NCBI GenBank assembly: GCA_017617575.1
Contig: JAFZVY010000048.1
Coordinates: forward strand, 12,963 to 76,962
Length of the DNA: 64,000 bases
Direction of reading: 5' to 3'
Origin: Bacteroidaceae bacterium
Lineage (GTDB): Bacteria; Bacteroidota; Bacteroidia; Bacteroidales; Bacteroidaceae
Shown: one piece after another, positions 47,745 to 57,673 of the stretch
How the letters are laid out: every line of letters begins with the position of its first letter
How positions within the stretch are numbered: the stretch's first letter is position 1
Program-made: the position numbers and the translations under genes
The notes under the pieces: model-generated
Databases searched by the model: none
The model's input: the letters and a program-made list of their open reading frames with translations, nothing else
Told to the model about the DNA's origin: nothing

Positions 47745-47759
47745 ATAGAATAGAATGGC

Positions 47760-49049
47760 GTGAAGCCATATACAAACAAACCAAAATACATTATAACAAT
47801 GGCGACAAGCAAGACAATAACCGACAAGAAATACATAATACCTTTCGTGCTTATCACCTCACTCTTCTTTATGTGGGGATTTGCACGAGCAATACTTGAC
47901 GTGCTCAACAAGCACTTTCAGGACTCTCTCCATATCAGTATAACTGAATCGGCACTTATTCAGGTAGTGACATACTTGGGCTATTTCATTATGGCAATAC
48001 CTGCTGGATTGTTCATCAACCGCTTTGGCTATCGCTACGGCGTGGTGTTCGGTCTTGCGCTCTTTGCCCTTGGCTCATTTCTCTTTATCCCTGGAGCCTA
48101 CACAGGAACGCTTGGTGCATTCCTTGCATGCCTGTTCATTATAGCATGTGGATTGGCTTTTCTCGAGACATCTGCCAATCCTTATGTAACGGAACTCGGT
48201 CCTCAGGAGACGGCTACGTCACGACTTAACCTCTCACAGTCATTCAACGGACTTGGCAGCAGCCTTGCACCATTTATTATAGGTGTGTTCCTCTTTGGCG
48301 ACAATTCTTCCGATATTGACGACGTAGCCTTGCCTTACACAATCATGGGAGCAATCGTAGTCATCGTGGCAATCATCTTCCTTTTCAGCGAACTCCCAGA
48401 CATTTCGCACGAAGAGGAGAACACAAATGTGGAAGACGACGACGAGACTGGCATAGACAAACTCAAGAGACTATTCAAGAACAAGACTTTCTTGTTCGGA
48501 CTTATCGCACTCCTTGCCTACGAGGTGGGCGAGATAAGCATCAACAGCTATTTTGTAAACTTCGCCTACGGCATCGGATTGCTTGATGTAAACGGCGCTT
48601 CATACACACTCTCGTTCTCCCTCTTCATCTTCATGGGTGGACGATTCCTCGGTAGCTGGATAATGAAAAGCGTTCCTGCCGAAAGATTCCTCAAGTGGTG
48701 CGCTACAGGAAGTGTGAGTTGTATGTTGTTGCTCATTCTCACTTCGGTTGCAGAAAATGGCGAACAGACATCATGGACACGTCATCTTCCTATCGTCTTC
48801 CTGATGGGCAACTATTTCTTTGAGGCAATTATGTTCCCAACCATCTTTGCCCTTTCGCTTCGCGGTCTTGGCAACCTTACCAAGTCGGCATCATCCGTTC
48901 TCATGATGACGCCTGTCGGTGGATGTGGATTCCTCGTAATGGCTTACCTTGCAGACGTGACAGATTCATATGTCATTCCATTCATCATTCCACTTATAAG
49001 CTTCATCATCATCCTTGCATTTAGCCGTAAGCTTGATGCGGGAAAATAA
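47760..49049 (+). CDS. MFS sugar:H+ symporter (FucP / glucose-galactose transporter family)
   Basis: 12 TM segments. FFMWGFARAILDVLNKHFQ motif typical of the FHS family. The start may be the Met at 47799. Confidence 0.8.
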   Translation: MKPYTNKPKYIITMATSKTITDKKYIIPFVLITSLFFMWGFARAILDVLNKHFQDSLHISITESALIQVVTYLGYFIMAIPAGLFINRFGYRYGVVFGLALFALGSFLFIPGAYTGTLGAFLACLFIIACGLAFLETSANPYVTELGPQETATSRLNLSQSFNGLGSSLAPFIIGVFLFGDNSSDIDDVALPYTIMGAIVVIVAIIFLFSELPDISHEEENTNVEDDDETGIDKLKRLFKNKTFLFGLIALLAYEVGEISINSYFVNFAYGIGLLDVNGASYTLSFSLFIFMGGRFLGSWIMKSVPAERFLKWCATGSVSCMLLLILTSVAENGEQTSWTRHLPIVFLMGNYFFEAIMFPTIFALSLRGLGNLTKSASSVLMMTPVGGCGFLVMAYLADVTDSYVIPFIIPLISFIIILAFSRKLDAGK

Positions 49050-49108
49050 TATATAATGTGCTTGCCATACTTTGGCAAGCACTCTTTATTAGTTACATAC
49101 CAATACCA

Positions 49109-50941
49109 ATGAACAAGATAATATCCTACCGATTACTCAACCTCCGCTCCTTCATGAAGAGGGAGGGCATAAGCGCATTCATAGTTCCGAGTACCGACCC
49201 TCACTCAGGCGAATACGTGCCTGAGCGATGGAAGTCAAGACGATGGCTCACAGGTTTTACTGGTAGTGCAGGAACGGCTGTGGTGACACTTGACAAGGCG
49301 GCACTATGGACGGACTCTCGCTATTTCATACAAGCAAAGGAGCAACTTGACGATACAGGAATCATCCTTCAGAAGGAGAAGATAGAAGGAACGCCATCCA
49401 TCTCTGAATGGCTCGGCAGCATCCTCTCCGCTGGCGACAAGGTGGGCGTTGATGGCGAGGTGTTTACTGTTTCGGAGTATGATGCCTTGAAGAACGACTT
49501 GGAGGGTTATGGACTCTGTCTGAAGTCTGTAACTGACCCATTCAATGAGATTTGGACAAATCGTCCTTCTGTGCCAGACAGCAAGGTGTTCATTCACGAT
49601 ATGAAGTATGCTGGCGAGAGTGCAAAGAGCAAGCTTGACCGCATACGTCAGAAGCTTAACGGAAAGACTATCCTCGTTAGTTCGCTTGAGGAAATAGCAT
49701 GGACGCTTAACCTTCGTGCAGATGATATTCTCTACACGCCATTCTTCGTGTCTTACCTTATCATCTCACCAGACGACGCAACATTATTCATAAATAACAA
49801 TAAGCTTACTCCAGAGGTAACCGACTACCTCAGGGACAATGGCGTGGGTACTAAGCCTTATGCCAACGTGTTTGCCGAACTTGGCAGGTATGAATGCCCT
49901 GTGCTTTATCAGACAGACAAGACCAACCATAGTGCAAGAAGGGCAATGCGCAAGCCGCTTGCAGGCAAGTCTCCTATAGGCGAGATGCTCATATTCAAGA
50001 ATGAGACGGAGATAAATGGCTATCGCAACGCCATGGAGAAAGATGGCGTGGCTATGGTCAAATGGATTAAATGGACGCTTGAGAACGTGCCTAAGGGTGG
50101 ACAGACTGAGTTGTCGCTCTCTGCCAAGCTTGAGGCGTTCCGTGCTGAGCAACCAGACTTCAAGGGCATAAGCTTTGAAAGCATAATGGGTTACGCCCAT
50201 CATGGCGCAATCGTCCACTACGACCCAACACCAGAGACAGACATCCCAGTGAAGCCAGAGGGCTTGCTTCTCATCGATTCTGGTGCGCAGTTCCTTGACG
50301 GTACCACAGATATTACACGTACTATTCCGCTCGGCCCTCTCACATGGGAGATGAAGCGTGACTACACACTCGTGCTTCGTGGATGGATAAACCTTGGTAG
50401 CGCTGTGTTCCCTAAGGGTACTAACGGAACACAGCTTGACGCACTTGCACGCGCTCCTATGTGGAAATACGGAATCAACTATCTCCACGGAACAGGTCAC
50501 GGCGTGGGACAGTTCATGTCAGTTCACGAAGCTATCGACCTTCATCAGTTCCGTATGCAGTGGCGACCTACTCTATTGTTGCCAGGAATGATTATCACGG
50601 ACGAGCCGGGTATCTATATCGAAGGTAGTCATGGCGTTCGTCACGAGGACACCATGCTCGTTGTCAATGCAGACTTCACTGGCAAGGATGGAAAGTGCAA
50701 GAACCGTGGCGCGCTTACTCAAGATGTGACAGAGGCTAATGGAATAACATACGGCCCATATTACACCTTTGAGCACCTCACGCTTTGTCCTATCCTCACG
50801 AGTCCTATTCTTACGGAAATGCTCACGGACGAGGAAAAGGCTTGGTTCAACGATTACCAGCAAACCGTGTACGACCGTCTTTCCCCACGACTTGACGAGG
50901 AACACAAAGCATGGTTGTTTAGCGTGACAAGGCCTATCTGA
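49109..50941 (+). CDS. Xaa-Pro aminopeptidase (M24B, aminopeptidase P-like, three-domain form)
   Basis: HGTGHGVG, ITDEPGIY and RHEDT metal-ligand motifs. The Met at 49109 is preferred over the GTG at 49058. Confidence 0.85.
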   Translation: MNKIISYRLLNLRSFMKREGISAFIVPSTDPHSGEYVPERWKSRRWLTGFTGSAGTAVVTLDKAALWTDSRYFIQAKEQLDDTGIILQKEKIEGTPSISEWLGSILSAGDKVGVDGEVFTVSEYDALKNDLEGYGLCLKSVTDPFNEIWTNRPSVPDSKVFIHDMKYAGESAKSKLDRIRQKLNGKTILVSSLEEIAWTLNLRADDILYTPFFVSYLIISPDDATLFINNNKLTPEVTDYLRDNGVGTKPYANVFAELGRYECPVLYQTDKTNHSARRAMRKPLAGKSPIGEMLIFKNETEINGYRNAMEKDGVAMVKWIKWTLENVPKGGQTELSLSAKLEAFRAEQPDFKGISFESIMGYAHHGAIVHYDPTPETDIPVKPEGLLLIDSGAQFLDGTTDITRTIPLGPLTWEMKRDYTLVLRGWINLGSAVFPKGTNGTQLDALARAPMWKYGINYLHGTGHGVGQFMSVHEAIDLHQFRMQWRPTLLLPGMIITDEPGIYIEGSHGVRHEDTMLVVNADFTGKDGKCKNRGALTQDVTEANGITYGPYYTFEHLTLCPILTSPILTEMLTDEEKAWFNDYQQTVYDRLSPRLDEEHKAWLFSVTRPI

Positions 50942-51110
50942 TAGGCTATACTCCTTTTTTACTCCGCTAAACAACTTCCTCTTATTACTGTAAAATATTT
51001 TTACATTTTTTGTCAAATATTAAGCATAAGGCAAAAAATAATACTTTTTTGCCTTGTGCCAACGAGAATAAATTTGTTTCTTTGTATCACAAAATAAATA
51101 ACAGAACCCA

Positions 51111-51626
51111 ATGAGTACTATATTAGTTATCGACGACAAAAAAGAGATTCTTACTTCGCTTGAGTACTTACTCACAGAAGTATTTGACAAGGTTGTCACT
51201 CTCGAATCTCCAGAAACAGCACTCCAGGTTCTTATGCAACAGGAGATAAACATGATTCTCCTCGACATGAATTTCCACCTCGGAGTCAATACCGGTTCCG
51301 AAGGATTGTTCTGGCTGGAACAAATCAAGAAGGTGCATCCGGATATTCCTGTCGTACTCTTTACGGCATACGGCGACATCGATATTGCCGTCAGAGGACT
51401 CAAGATGGGTGCTGCCGACTTCGTGACTAAGCCTTGGGACAATGACATCCTGCTCGACAAGCTCAGAGCTATCATGGAGAAGGAACGTAAAATGAAGACT
51501 CTCGAGGAGGTTACCGAGGAACACATGCAGAAGGCCATAGACAAGTGTCATGGCAATCTTACTTCCGCAGCCGAACTGCTCGGAATCTCCAGACAGACAT
51601 TATACAACAAAATGAAGAAGAAATGA
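51111..51626 (+). CDS. Response regulator, REC + Fis-type HTH without AAA+ domain (ActR/RegA-like architecture)
   Basis: REC motifs (VIDD, ILLDMNF, FTAYGD, KPW) and C-terminal AAELLGISRQTLYNKMKK. Confidence 0.8.
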   Translation: MSTILVIDDKKEILTSLEYLLTEVFDKVVTLESPETALQVLMQQEINMILLDMNFHLGVNTGSEGLFWLEQIKKVHPDIPVVLFTAYGDIDIAVRGLKMGAADFVTKPWDNDILLDKLRAIMEKERKMKTLEEVTEEHMQKAIDKCHGNLTSAAELLGISRQTLYNKMKKK

Positions 51627-52534
51627 CACAAGCCATTGTAATAGTATTGTCATTGGTGATAGTCTTCCTACTGTGGAAACACATCCAACATGAGAAAAGG
51701 TTGAAAAGGTCATGCAAGATGCTGTTGGAGGCACTTGACAACAAGGACTATTCTTTCCGCCTTTCCACCAAGGGATGCTCATCAGGAGACAAGGCTCTCA
51801 TGGAGGCTCTCAACTCACTTGTCGAGAGACTATCGTCTGAGCGCCAGAACATAGAAGTACACTCATGGGAGAAGCTCACACGCATACTCACCCACGAGAT
51901 TATGAACTCTATTGCGCCAATAACATCGCTAAGCAGTGTGTTCCTGCGCCGCAAGGACGTGCAGGAGTCACCTATCTACAATGGAATAAAAGCCATACAC
52001 GACACGTCCACAGGACTCATGGAGTTTGTCGATAGCTACAGGAAATACACGACGCTTCAGAAGCCACAACCTGAGGACTTCTCTTTGCGCGAGATGATGG
52101 AGGGCATCCAGAACCTTGGTCTTGTACCAGATGATGTGACATTATACGTCAAGTACGACCTTGAAGACGACACCGTCCATGCAGATAAGACTCTGATAAG
52201 ACAGGTGATTATCAATATCATCAAGAATGCTGTCGAGAGTTTCAACAAGATACCAGAACACCCCGTGGCAAAGCACAGGGAACGCACCATACAGGTATTT
52301 GCCTACCACTATCCGGGCACTCCTTTGCGAATAGCTATTTCAAACAATGGTGCAGTCATTCCTCCTATCGTGGCAGCGGACATCTTCGTACCTTTCTTTA
52401 CGACCAAGAAGACTGGTAGCGGTATCGGTCTTTCTCTCTGCCGCAAGATTATGCAACTCTCAGGAGGAACGATAAACCTCTTGGCAGCAGGCACAAATGG
52501 TTGGCCTACCACATTCGTGCTGGAGTTTAAATGA
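51623..52534 (+). CDS. Sensor histidine kinase (single TM, no obvious sensory domain)
   Basis: H-box LTHEIMNSIAPI, N-box NIIKNAVES and G-box KKTGSGIGLSLCRKI. The ATG overlaps the RR stop (ATGA). Confidence 0.8.
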   Translation: MTQAIVIVLSLVIVFLLWKHIQHEKRLKRSCKMLLEALDNKDYSFRLSTKGCSSGDKALMEALNSLVERLSSERQNIEVHSWEKLTRILTHEIMNSIAPITSLSSVFLRRKDVQESPIYNGIKAIHDTSTGLMEFVDSYRKYTTLQKPQPEDFSLREMMEGIQNLGLVPDDVTLYVKYDLEDDTVHADKTLIRQVIINIIKNAVESFNKIPEHPVAKHRERTIQVFAYHYPGTPLRIAISNNGAVIPPIVAADIFVPFFTTKKTGSGIGLSLCRKIMQLSGGTINLLAAGTNGWPTTFVLEFK

Positions 52535-52606
52535 CCCTAAAGGGCGGAGTGATAAGTGAAAAGTGAAGAGTGAAAAATATATTTTACTCTGTTTGCTGTT
52601 TCTTTT

Positions 52607-52783
52607 CAACACAGAGGGCACAGAGACCTCAGAGAATACTTTAACACGAATTACCATTAATTTGCCATAAATTATCAAAAAAACATTTATGATTATTGGC
52701 TACGCCGAGCTAAAGGTTCGTGGTCAATTGCATGATAATTCGTGCCAAAAAATGTTTTGAACAACTCTGTGCCCTCTGTGTTG
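52607..52783. mobile_element. MITE-like foldback element, copy A (177 bp, perfect 19-bp TIRs)
   Basis: CAACACAGAGGGCACAGAG (52607-52625) and its reverse complement CTCTGTGCCCTCTGTGTTG (52765-52783). The interior is an imperfect palindrome (CACGAATTACCAT... / ...ATGATAATTCGTG). Confidence 0.75.
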
Positions 52784-52935
52784 GAAATCTCTTCCGCGAG
52801 AACTAAAAAACTCAGAAACCTAAAAACTTAAAAACCAAAACTCAAAGTCTCCATCCTCCCTAAACCGGAGGCCGCCCCCTTTGGGGGTAGGGGGGCCAAA
52901 CTAACAGAATAAAACAAGATACACAACTAACATAT

Positions 52936-53631
52936 ATGATTCATCTGAGAAATATAAACAAAACCTATAACAACGGTACGCCGCTTCATGTGCTCAAGGG
53001 CATCGACCTCGACATCAAGAAGGGGGAGTTTGTTGCCATCATGGGCGCATCAGGCTCTGGCAAATCGACGTTGCTTAACATCCTCGGCATACTCGACAAC
53101 TATGACGAGGGAGAGTACATCCTTGCTGACACACTCATCAAGAACCTTAGCGAGACAAAGGCGGCTGACTACCGCAACCGACTCATCGGATTTATTTTCC
53201 AGTCCTTCAACCTCATCCCGTTCAAGGATGCCGTGGAGAACGTCGCACTTCCACTTTTCTATCAAGGTGTGAGCCGCCGCAAGCGCAATGCACTTGCCTT
53301 GGAGTATCTGGACAAGGTGGGACTGAAGGATTGGGCGCATCACTATCCTAATGAGTTGTCAGGAGGACAGAAACAGCGTGTTGCCATCGCTCGTGCACTT
53401 ATAACCCAGCCAAAGATTATCCTTGCCGACGAGCCTACCGGAGCACTTGACAGTAAGACGACCATAGAGGTTCTCGACTTGCTCGACGAACTTCACCGTC
53501 AAGGCATGACAATCATCGTTGTTACCCACGAACTTGACGTAGGTAAGCGTGCCGACCGCATCATCAACATCATTGATGGACAGGTATTCACTGGTAAGAG
53601 CGAATACCAAGAGAACGGAAAGACGAAGTAG
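52936..53631 (+). CDS. ABC transporter ATP-binding protein (MacB/LolD-type)
   Basis: Walker [10 protein letters not shown], signature LSGGQKQR and Walker B IILADEPT. Confidence 0.9.
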   Translation: MIHLRNINKTYNNGTPLHVLKGIDLDIKKGEFVAIMGASGSGKSTLLNILGILDNYDEGEYILADTLIKNLSETKAADYRNRLIGFIFQSFNLIPFKDAVENVALPLFYQGVSRRKRNALALEYLDKVGLKDWAHHYPNELSGGQKQRVAIARALITQPKIILADEPTGALDSKTTIEVLDLLDELHRQGMTIIVVTHELDVGKRADRIINIIDGQVFTGKSEYQENGKTK

Positions 53632-53863
53632 AATCAAGTGAAATCTCAAATTTCAAATTTATAATCTATGCGTTCTATTGAGAATGTCAAATTTCAAATC
53701 GATAATCTATGCGTCCCGAACACTTGTTCCGAAGGCATAAATTTGACATTATAGACTTGACATCCAAAAGTCCCGAAGGCATAAATTTGACATCATAGAC
53801 TTGACATTCTAAAGTTCTGAAGGCATAAATTTGAGATTATCGATTTGAAATTCCATTAGGAAC
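53632..53863. repeat. Cluster of REP-like elements inside the ABC operon
   Basis: Four half-sites or hairpins of the type ATCTATGCGT(C)CCGAA...TTCCGAAGGCATAAATTTGA. They are interleaved with AAATTTGACAT/GATTTGAAATT words. Confidence 0.75.
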
Positions 53864-55117
53864 ATGTTTGACACATTACAAGAAATATACCACTCGCTGA
53901 TGCAGAGCAAGATGAGGACCATTGCTACGGGATTTGCCGTGGCAAGCGGCTTGTTCCTGCTCATTGTGCTTCAGGGAGCAGGCAACGGAATCATCAACAC
54001 CTTTGAGGAGAGCATGGGCAACTTTGCCTTCGATGCCATCAATGTGTATGGAGGTCGTACCACCATGCCATACGAAGGTATCAAGGAAGGCAGGGAAATC
54101 AGACTAGACAATCGTGACGTAGATATGGTCAAGAGCGCATTTCCTCACAAGGTTAAGGACATCATGCCTGTAGCCGAGGTGAGCGGAGGAATGGCTTCAC
54201 GCGATGGTAAGTACTCCAGCGGCACCATCTCGGGCGTAATGCCCGACTACAGCATCACAGGTGCAATCAAGATAACCAAGGGCCGCTTCATCAACAACAT
54301 CGACATTGCAGAGGAGCGCAAGGTTATTGTTCTCAGCGACCGCCAGCAAGCCGACCTGTACACGAAAAAAGAGGAACCGATAAACTCGATAATCAACATA
54401 GGTAACGTGTGCTACAAGGTGATAGGAATCTACAAGGCGGACGAAATGCGCAACAGCAATACCATTTATGCGCCATACTCCACCATCAGCACCATTTACC
54501 AGAAAGGCGAGTTCATCGACGAGTTGACCATGAGGATAAAGAACATACCTACGGAGGCAGACATGGAGACCTTCATCGACGAATACACCCGTGTGAGCAG
54601 TCGTATCCACAGCTTCAACCCAGAGGACAAGAGTGCCTTGTGGGTATGGAATCAGGCACGCGACAACATACAGATGCAAATGGCAGAAAACATTCTGCAC
54701 AACGCATTCTGGATTCTCGGTCTCCTCACCCTCATCAGCGGAATAGTGGGTGTGAGCAACATCATGCTCATATCCGTGAAGGAGCGAATACGTGAGTTCG
54801 GCATTCGCCGTGCCATAGGAGCACGCCCATGGAACATCATCAGCATGGTCATGCTTGAGAGCATAATCATCACGGCTGTGTTTGGTTACATAGGCATGAC
54901 GATAGGCGTTCTCTTCTGCGAGTGGATGGACGCCACGGTGGGCAACACCACCATTGATGTCGGAATTACGCAGCAACGTGTGTTCGTTGACCCAACCGTT
55001 GACATCTCCACGTGCGTCAGCGCAACCATAGTGATAATCATTGCAGGTGCGCTTGCAGGATTCTTCCCTGCACGCAAGGCTGTTAAGGTAAAACCAATAG
55101 ATGCATTAAGAGGATGA
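53864..55117 (+). CDS. ABC transporter permease (FtsX/MacB-type with periplasmic domain)
   Basis: N-terminal TM helix, large periplasmic domain and C-terminal FtsX bundle with the KERIREFGIRRAIGA motif. Confidence 0.85.
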   Translation: MFDTLQEIYHSLMQSKMRTIATGFAVASGLFLLIVLQGAGNGIINTFEESMGNFAFDAINVYGGRTTMPYEGIKEGREIRLDNRDVDMVKSAFPHKVKDIMPVAEVSGGMASRDGKYSSGTISGVMPDYSITGAIKITKGRFINNIDIAEERKVIVLSDRQQADLYTKKEEPINSIINIGNVCYKVIGIYKADEMRNSNTIYAPYSTISTIYQKGEFIDELTMRIKNIPTEADMETFIDEYTRVSSRIHSFNPEDKSALWVWNQARDNIQMQMAENILHNAFWILGLLTLISGIVGVSNIMLISVKERIREFGIRRAIGARPWNIISMVMLESIIITAVFGYIGMTIGVLFCEWMDATVGNTTIDVGITQQRVFVDPTVDISTCVSATIVIIIAGALAGFFPARKAVKVKPIDALRG

Positions 55118-56361
55118 TAAGACTACTGGACTCAGATCAGTGGGAGGAGATATTCGACTCGCTGACACGCAATAAGGCACGCACATTCCTTACTGCATTC
55201 GGAATCTTCTGGGGCGTGTTCATGCTCATCCTCCTCATGGGAGGCGGCAAGGGACTGGAGACCATGCTGAGCAGCAACTTCGCAGGCTCTGCCTCCAACT
55301 CAGGCTTCATGATTTCCAACCAGACCACGGTTGCCTACCACGGCTTCAGCAAGGGAAGATATTGGAACATAAAGCAGAAGGATGCCGTTTCGCTCAAGAA
55401 CAACATACCAGAGGTTGACATTGCCACGCCTACCATCCGTTACTGGGGAGCTACGGCGAAGTACAACAACAAGTCGAGCCGCGTGGGACTCATAGGCGAA
55501 TACACCGACTACGCAAAGGTGGACAACCCAAGAATCTTAAAGGGAAGGGCGCTGAACGATGTTGACGTGCTACAGTCACGCAAGGTGTGCGTCATCGGAA
55601 CGAAGATAATGAACGAGCTTTTCCCAAATGGTGAAAACCCTTGTGGCAAGTTCATCGACGTTAATGACATCTACTATCAGATAGTGGGCGTGAGTGGCAA
55701 GAAGGGCGGTATCAACATCGGTTCAAACCCTGAATCCACGGTTCACCTGCCATACACAACCATGCAGAACCTTTACAACAAGGGCGATGACGTCGATATC
55801 CTGTGCCTCACGGCAAAAGGCAATTATAAGATGTCGGATGTCCAGTACAAGGTTGAGAGCTACCTGAAGAGAGTGCATGACGTTGCCCCTGACGACACTC
55901 AGGCACTAATGAAAATCAATACCGAGGCAATCTACAGTATGATTGACAACCTCTTCACGGGCATCAGCATCCTTGTGTGGATGATTGGACTTGGAACGCT
56001 CCTCTCAGGTGCTATAGGCGTGAGCAACATCATGATTGTAACGGTCAAGGAGCGCACCACGGAGATAGGCATCCGTCGTGCCATAGGTGCTACTCCACGC
56101 AACATACTCAGCATGATACTCACGGAGAGCATCGTCCTCACTCTCCTTGCAGGTATGAGCGGCATCGTGCTTGCGGTTCTGATACTGCAAGTCATGGAGA
56201 CAGCTATGGCAGACCCAACGCTTGAAGCCCACTTCCAGATTGACTTCAGCCTTGCCATGGGAGCAGCATCGCTCCTCACCCTTCTGGGTGTTGCGGCAGG
56301 ACTTGCCCCAGCACTGAGGGCAATGAACATCAAGCCAGTTGATGCCATGCGCGAAGAATAA
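55114..56361 (+). CDS. ABC transporter permease (FtsX/MacB-type), second paralogue
   Basis: Same architecture as the first permease, with the KERTTEIGIRRAIGA motif. 4-nt overlap with the upstream gene. Confidence 0.85.
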   Translation: MIRLLDSDQWEEIFDSLTRNKARTFLTAFGIFWGVFMLILLMGGGKGLETMLSSNFAGSASNSGFMISNQTTVAYHGFSKGRYWNIKQKDAVSLKNNIPEVDIATPTIRYWGATAKYNNKSSRVGLIGEYTDYAKVDNPRILKGRALNDVDVLQSRKVCVIGTKIMNELFPNGENPCGKFIDVNDIYYQIVGVSGKKGGINIGSNPESTVHLPYTTMQNLYNKGDDVDILCLTAKGNYKMSDVQYKVESYLKRVHDVAPDDTQALMKINTEAIYSMIDNLFTGISILVWMIGLGTLLSGAIGVSNIMIVTVKERTTEIGIRRAIGATPRNILSMILTESIVLTLLAGMSGIVLAVLILQVMETAMADPTLEAHFQIDFSLAMGAASLLTLLGVAAGLAPALRAMNIKPVDAMREE

Positions 56362-56427
56362 CAATCCGATAGTGTCGAGCCCGGCGCTATCCCATCATAA
56401 ATAACGAAACAAAAACAGAACCACAAT

Positions 56428-57549
56428 ATGAAGAAAGTATTCAAATGGGTATGCATCGCAATCGTTGCACTCATATTCATCGGAACATTCGTGTTCCTCT
56501 ACCAGAAGTCACAGCCAAAGATTGACGAGTACGAGATTTGCACCGTATCGCTCAAGGACATTGAGAAGTCAACCATCGTCACAGGTAAGATTGAACCACG
56601 CGACGAGGTAAACATCAAGCCACAGATATCTGGTATCATTGCCGAACTATACAAGGAGGCAGGACAGACAGTCAAGAAGGACGAGGTCATTGCCAAAATC
56701 AAGGTCATACCAGACATGAGCAGCCTCAGTAGTGCAGAGAACCGCGTGCGCCTTGCAGAGATAAAGCTCAAGCAGGCACAGACTGACCATGAGCGCATCG
56801 AGCGTCTCTACAAGGAGAAGGTCATCTCAGCCGAGGACTATGAGAAGTCAAGCAACACGCTCAAGGAGGCTAAGGCAGAGATGGCAACAGCCAAGGATGC
56901 CCTCAACATCGTGCGCGAGGGTGTGTCACTCTCCAATGCACAGATGAGTACTACTCTTATCCGTTCAACTGTTGACGGTCTTATCCTTAACGTGCCTGTC
57001 AAGGTGGGTAACTCCGTTATCCTCAGTAACTCATTCAATGACGGTACTACCATCGCCACCGTGGCAGACATGACCAAGCTCATCTTCCGTGGAAACATAG
57101 ACGAGACGGAGGTAGGACGCATCGTAGAGGGAATGCCTGTGACCATCACCGTGGGAGCTATCCAAGACCTCAAGATTGACGGTCAGTTGGAATACATCTC
57201 ACCAAAGGCAGTGGAGTCAAACGGAGCAAACCAGTTTGAGATAAAGGCATCCTTCAAGGTACCTGAGAAGAGTACCCTGCGTTCAGGCTATGGAGCTAAC
57301 GCATCCATCGTGCTCGACAAGGTGAAGAAGGCAGTCAGCATCCCGGAGGCAGCCCTCGAGTTCAGCGGTGACTCTATCTTTGCATATATCCTCACCGATT
57401 CCGTACCAGTTCAGAAGTTCACACGCCGACAGGTTAAGACAGGTCTCAGCGATGGTATCAACATCGAGATTAAGTCAGGCCTCAAGGTAGGCGAGAAGGT
57501 ACGCGGAATCCTCAAGGTAGAGGAAGAGGAGAAGGGAGCAAAGAATTAA
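56428..57549 (+). CDS. Efflux periplasmic adaptor (HlyD/MFP family)
   Basis: N-terminal TM anchor, a lipoyl-like segment, a coiled-coil hairpin (RVRLAEIKLKQAQTDHERIERLYKE...) and a beta-barrel C-terminus. Confidence 0.85.
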   Translation: MKKVFKWVCIAIVALIFIGTFVFLYQKSQPKIDEYEICTVSLKDIEKSTIVTGKIEPRDEVNIKPQISGIIAELYKEAGQTVKKDEVIAKIKVIPDMSSLSSAENRVRLAEIKLKQAQTDHERIERLYKEKVISAEDYEKSSNTLKEAKAEMATAKDALNIVREGVSLSNAQMSTTLIRSTVDGLILNVPVKVGNSVILSNSFNDGTTIATVADMTKLIFRGNIDETEVGRIVEGMPVTITVGAIQDLKIDGQLEYISPKAVESNGANQFEIKASFKVPEKSTLRSGYGANASIVLDKVKKAVSIPEAALEFSGDSIFAYILTDSVPVQKFTRRQVKTGLSDGINIEIKSGLKVGEKVRGILKVEEEEKGAKN

Positions 57550-57673
57550 GAATTATGAATTAAGAGTTATGAGTTAAGATTTAGAAACGAAATTAAAAGA
57601 AAAATATTTTCTTTAATTTTTTTAATTTTCGTTCTTAAATAATTCCGCGATAACTCAAAAACTTAAAACTCAC

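Noticed and set aside
47207-47911. 234-aa minus-strand ORF
   Set aside because: It is antisense to the well-supported GHL10-like and MFS genes and has an S/L/R-rich shadow-frame composition.
49784-50500. 238-aa minus-strand ORF
   Set aside because: It is an antisense shadow within the M24 aminopeptidase gene, which has clear catalytic motifs in the plus frame.
51020-51551. Minus-strand ORFs of 174 aa and 127 aa
   Set aside because: They are antisense to the response regulator gene, whose REC and HTH motifs are unambiguous.
54197-56480. Long minus-strand ORFs 54197-54976 and 55932-56480, plus other internal ORFs
   Set aside because: They are antisense or alternate-frame shadows of the two FtsX permease genes, with an H/R/V-rich composition typical of non-coding frames.
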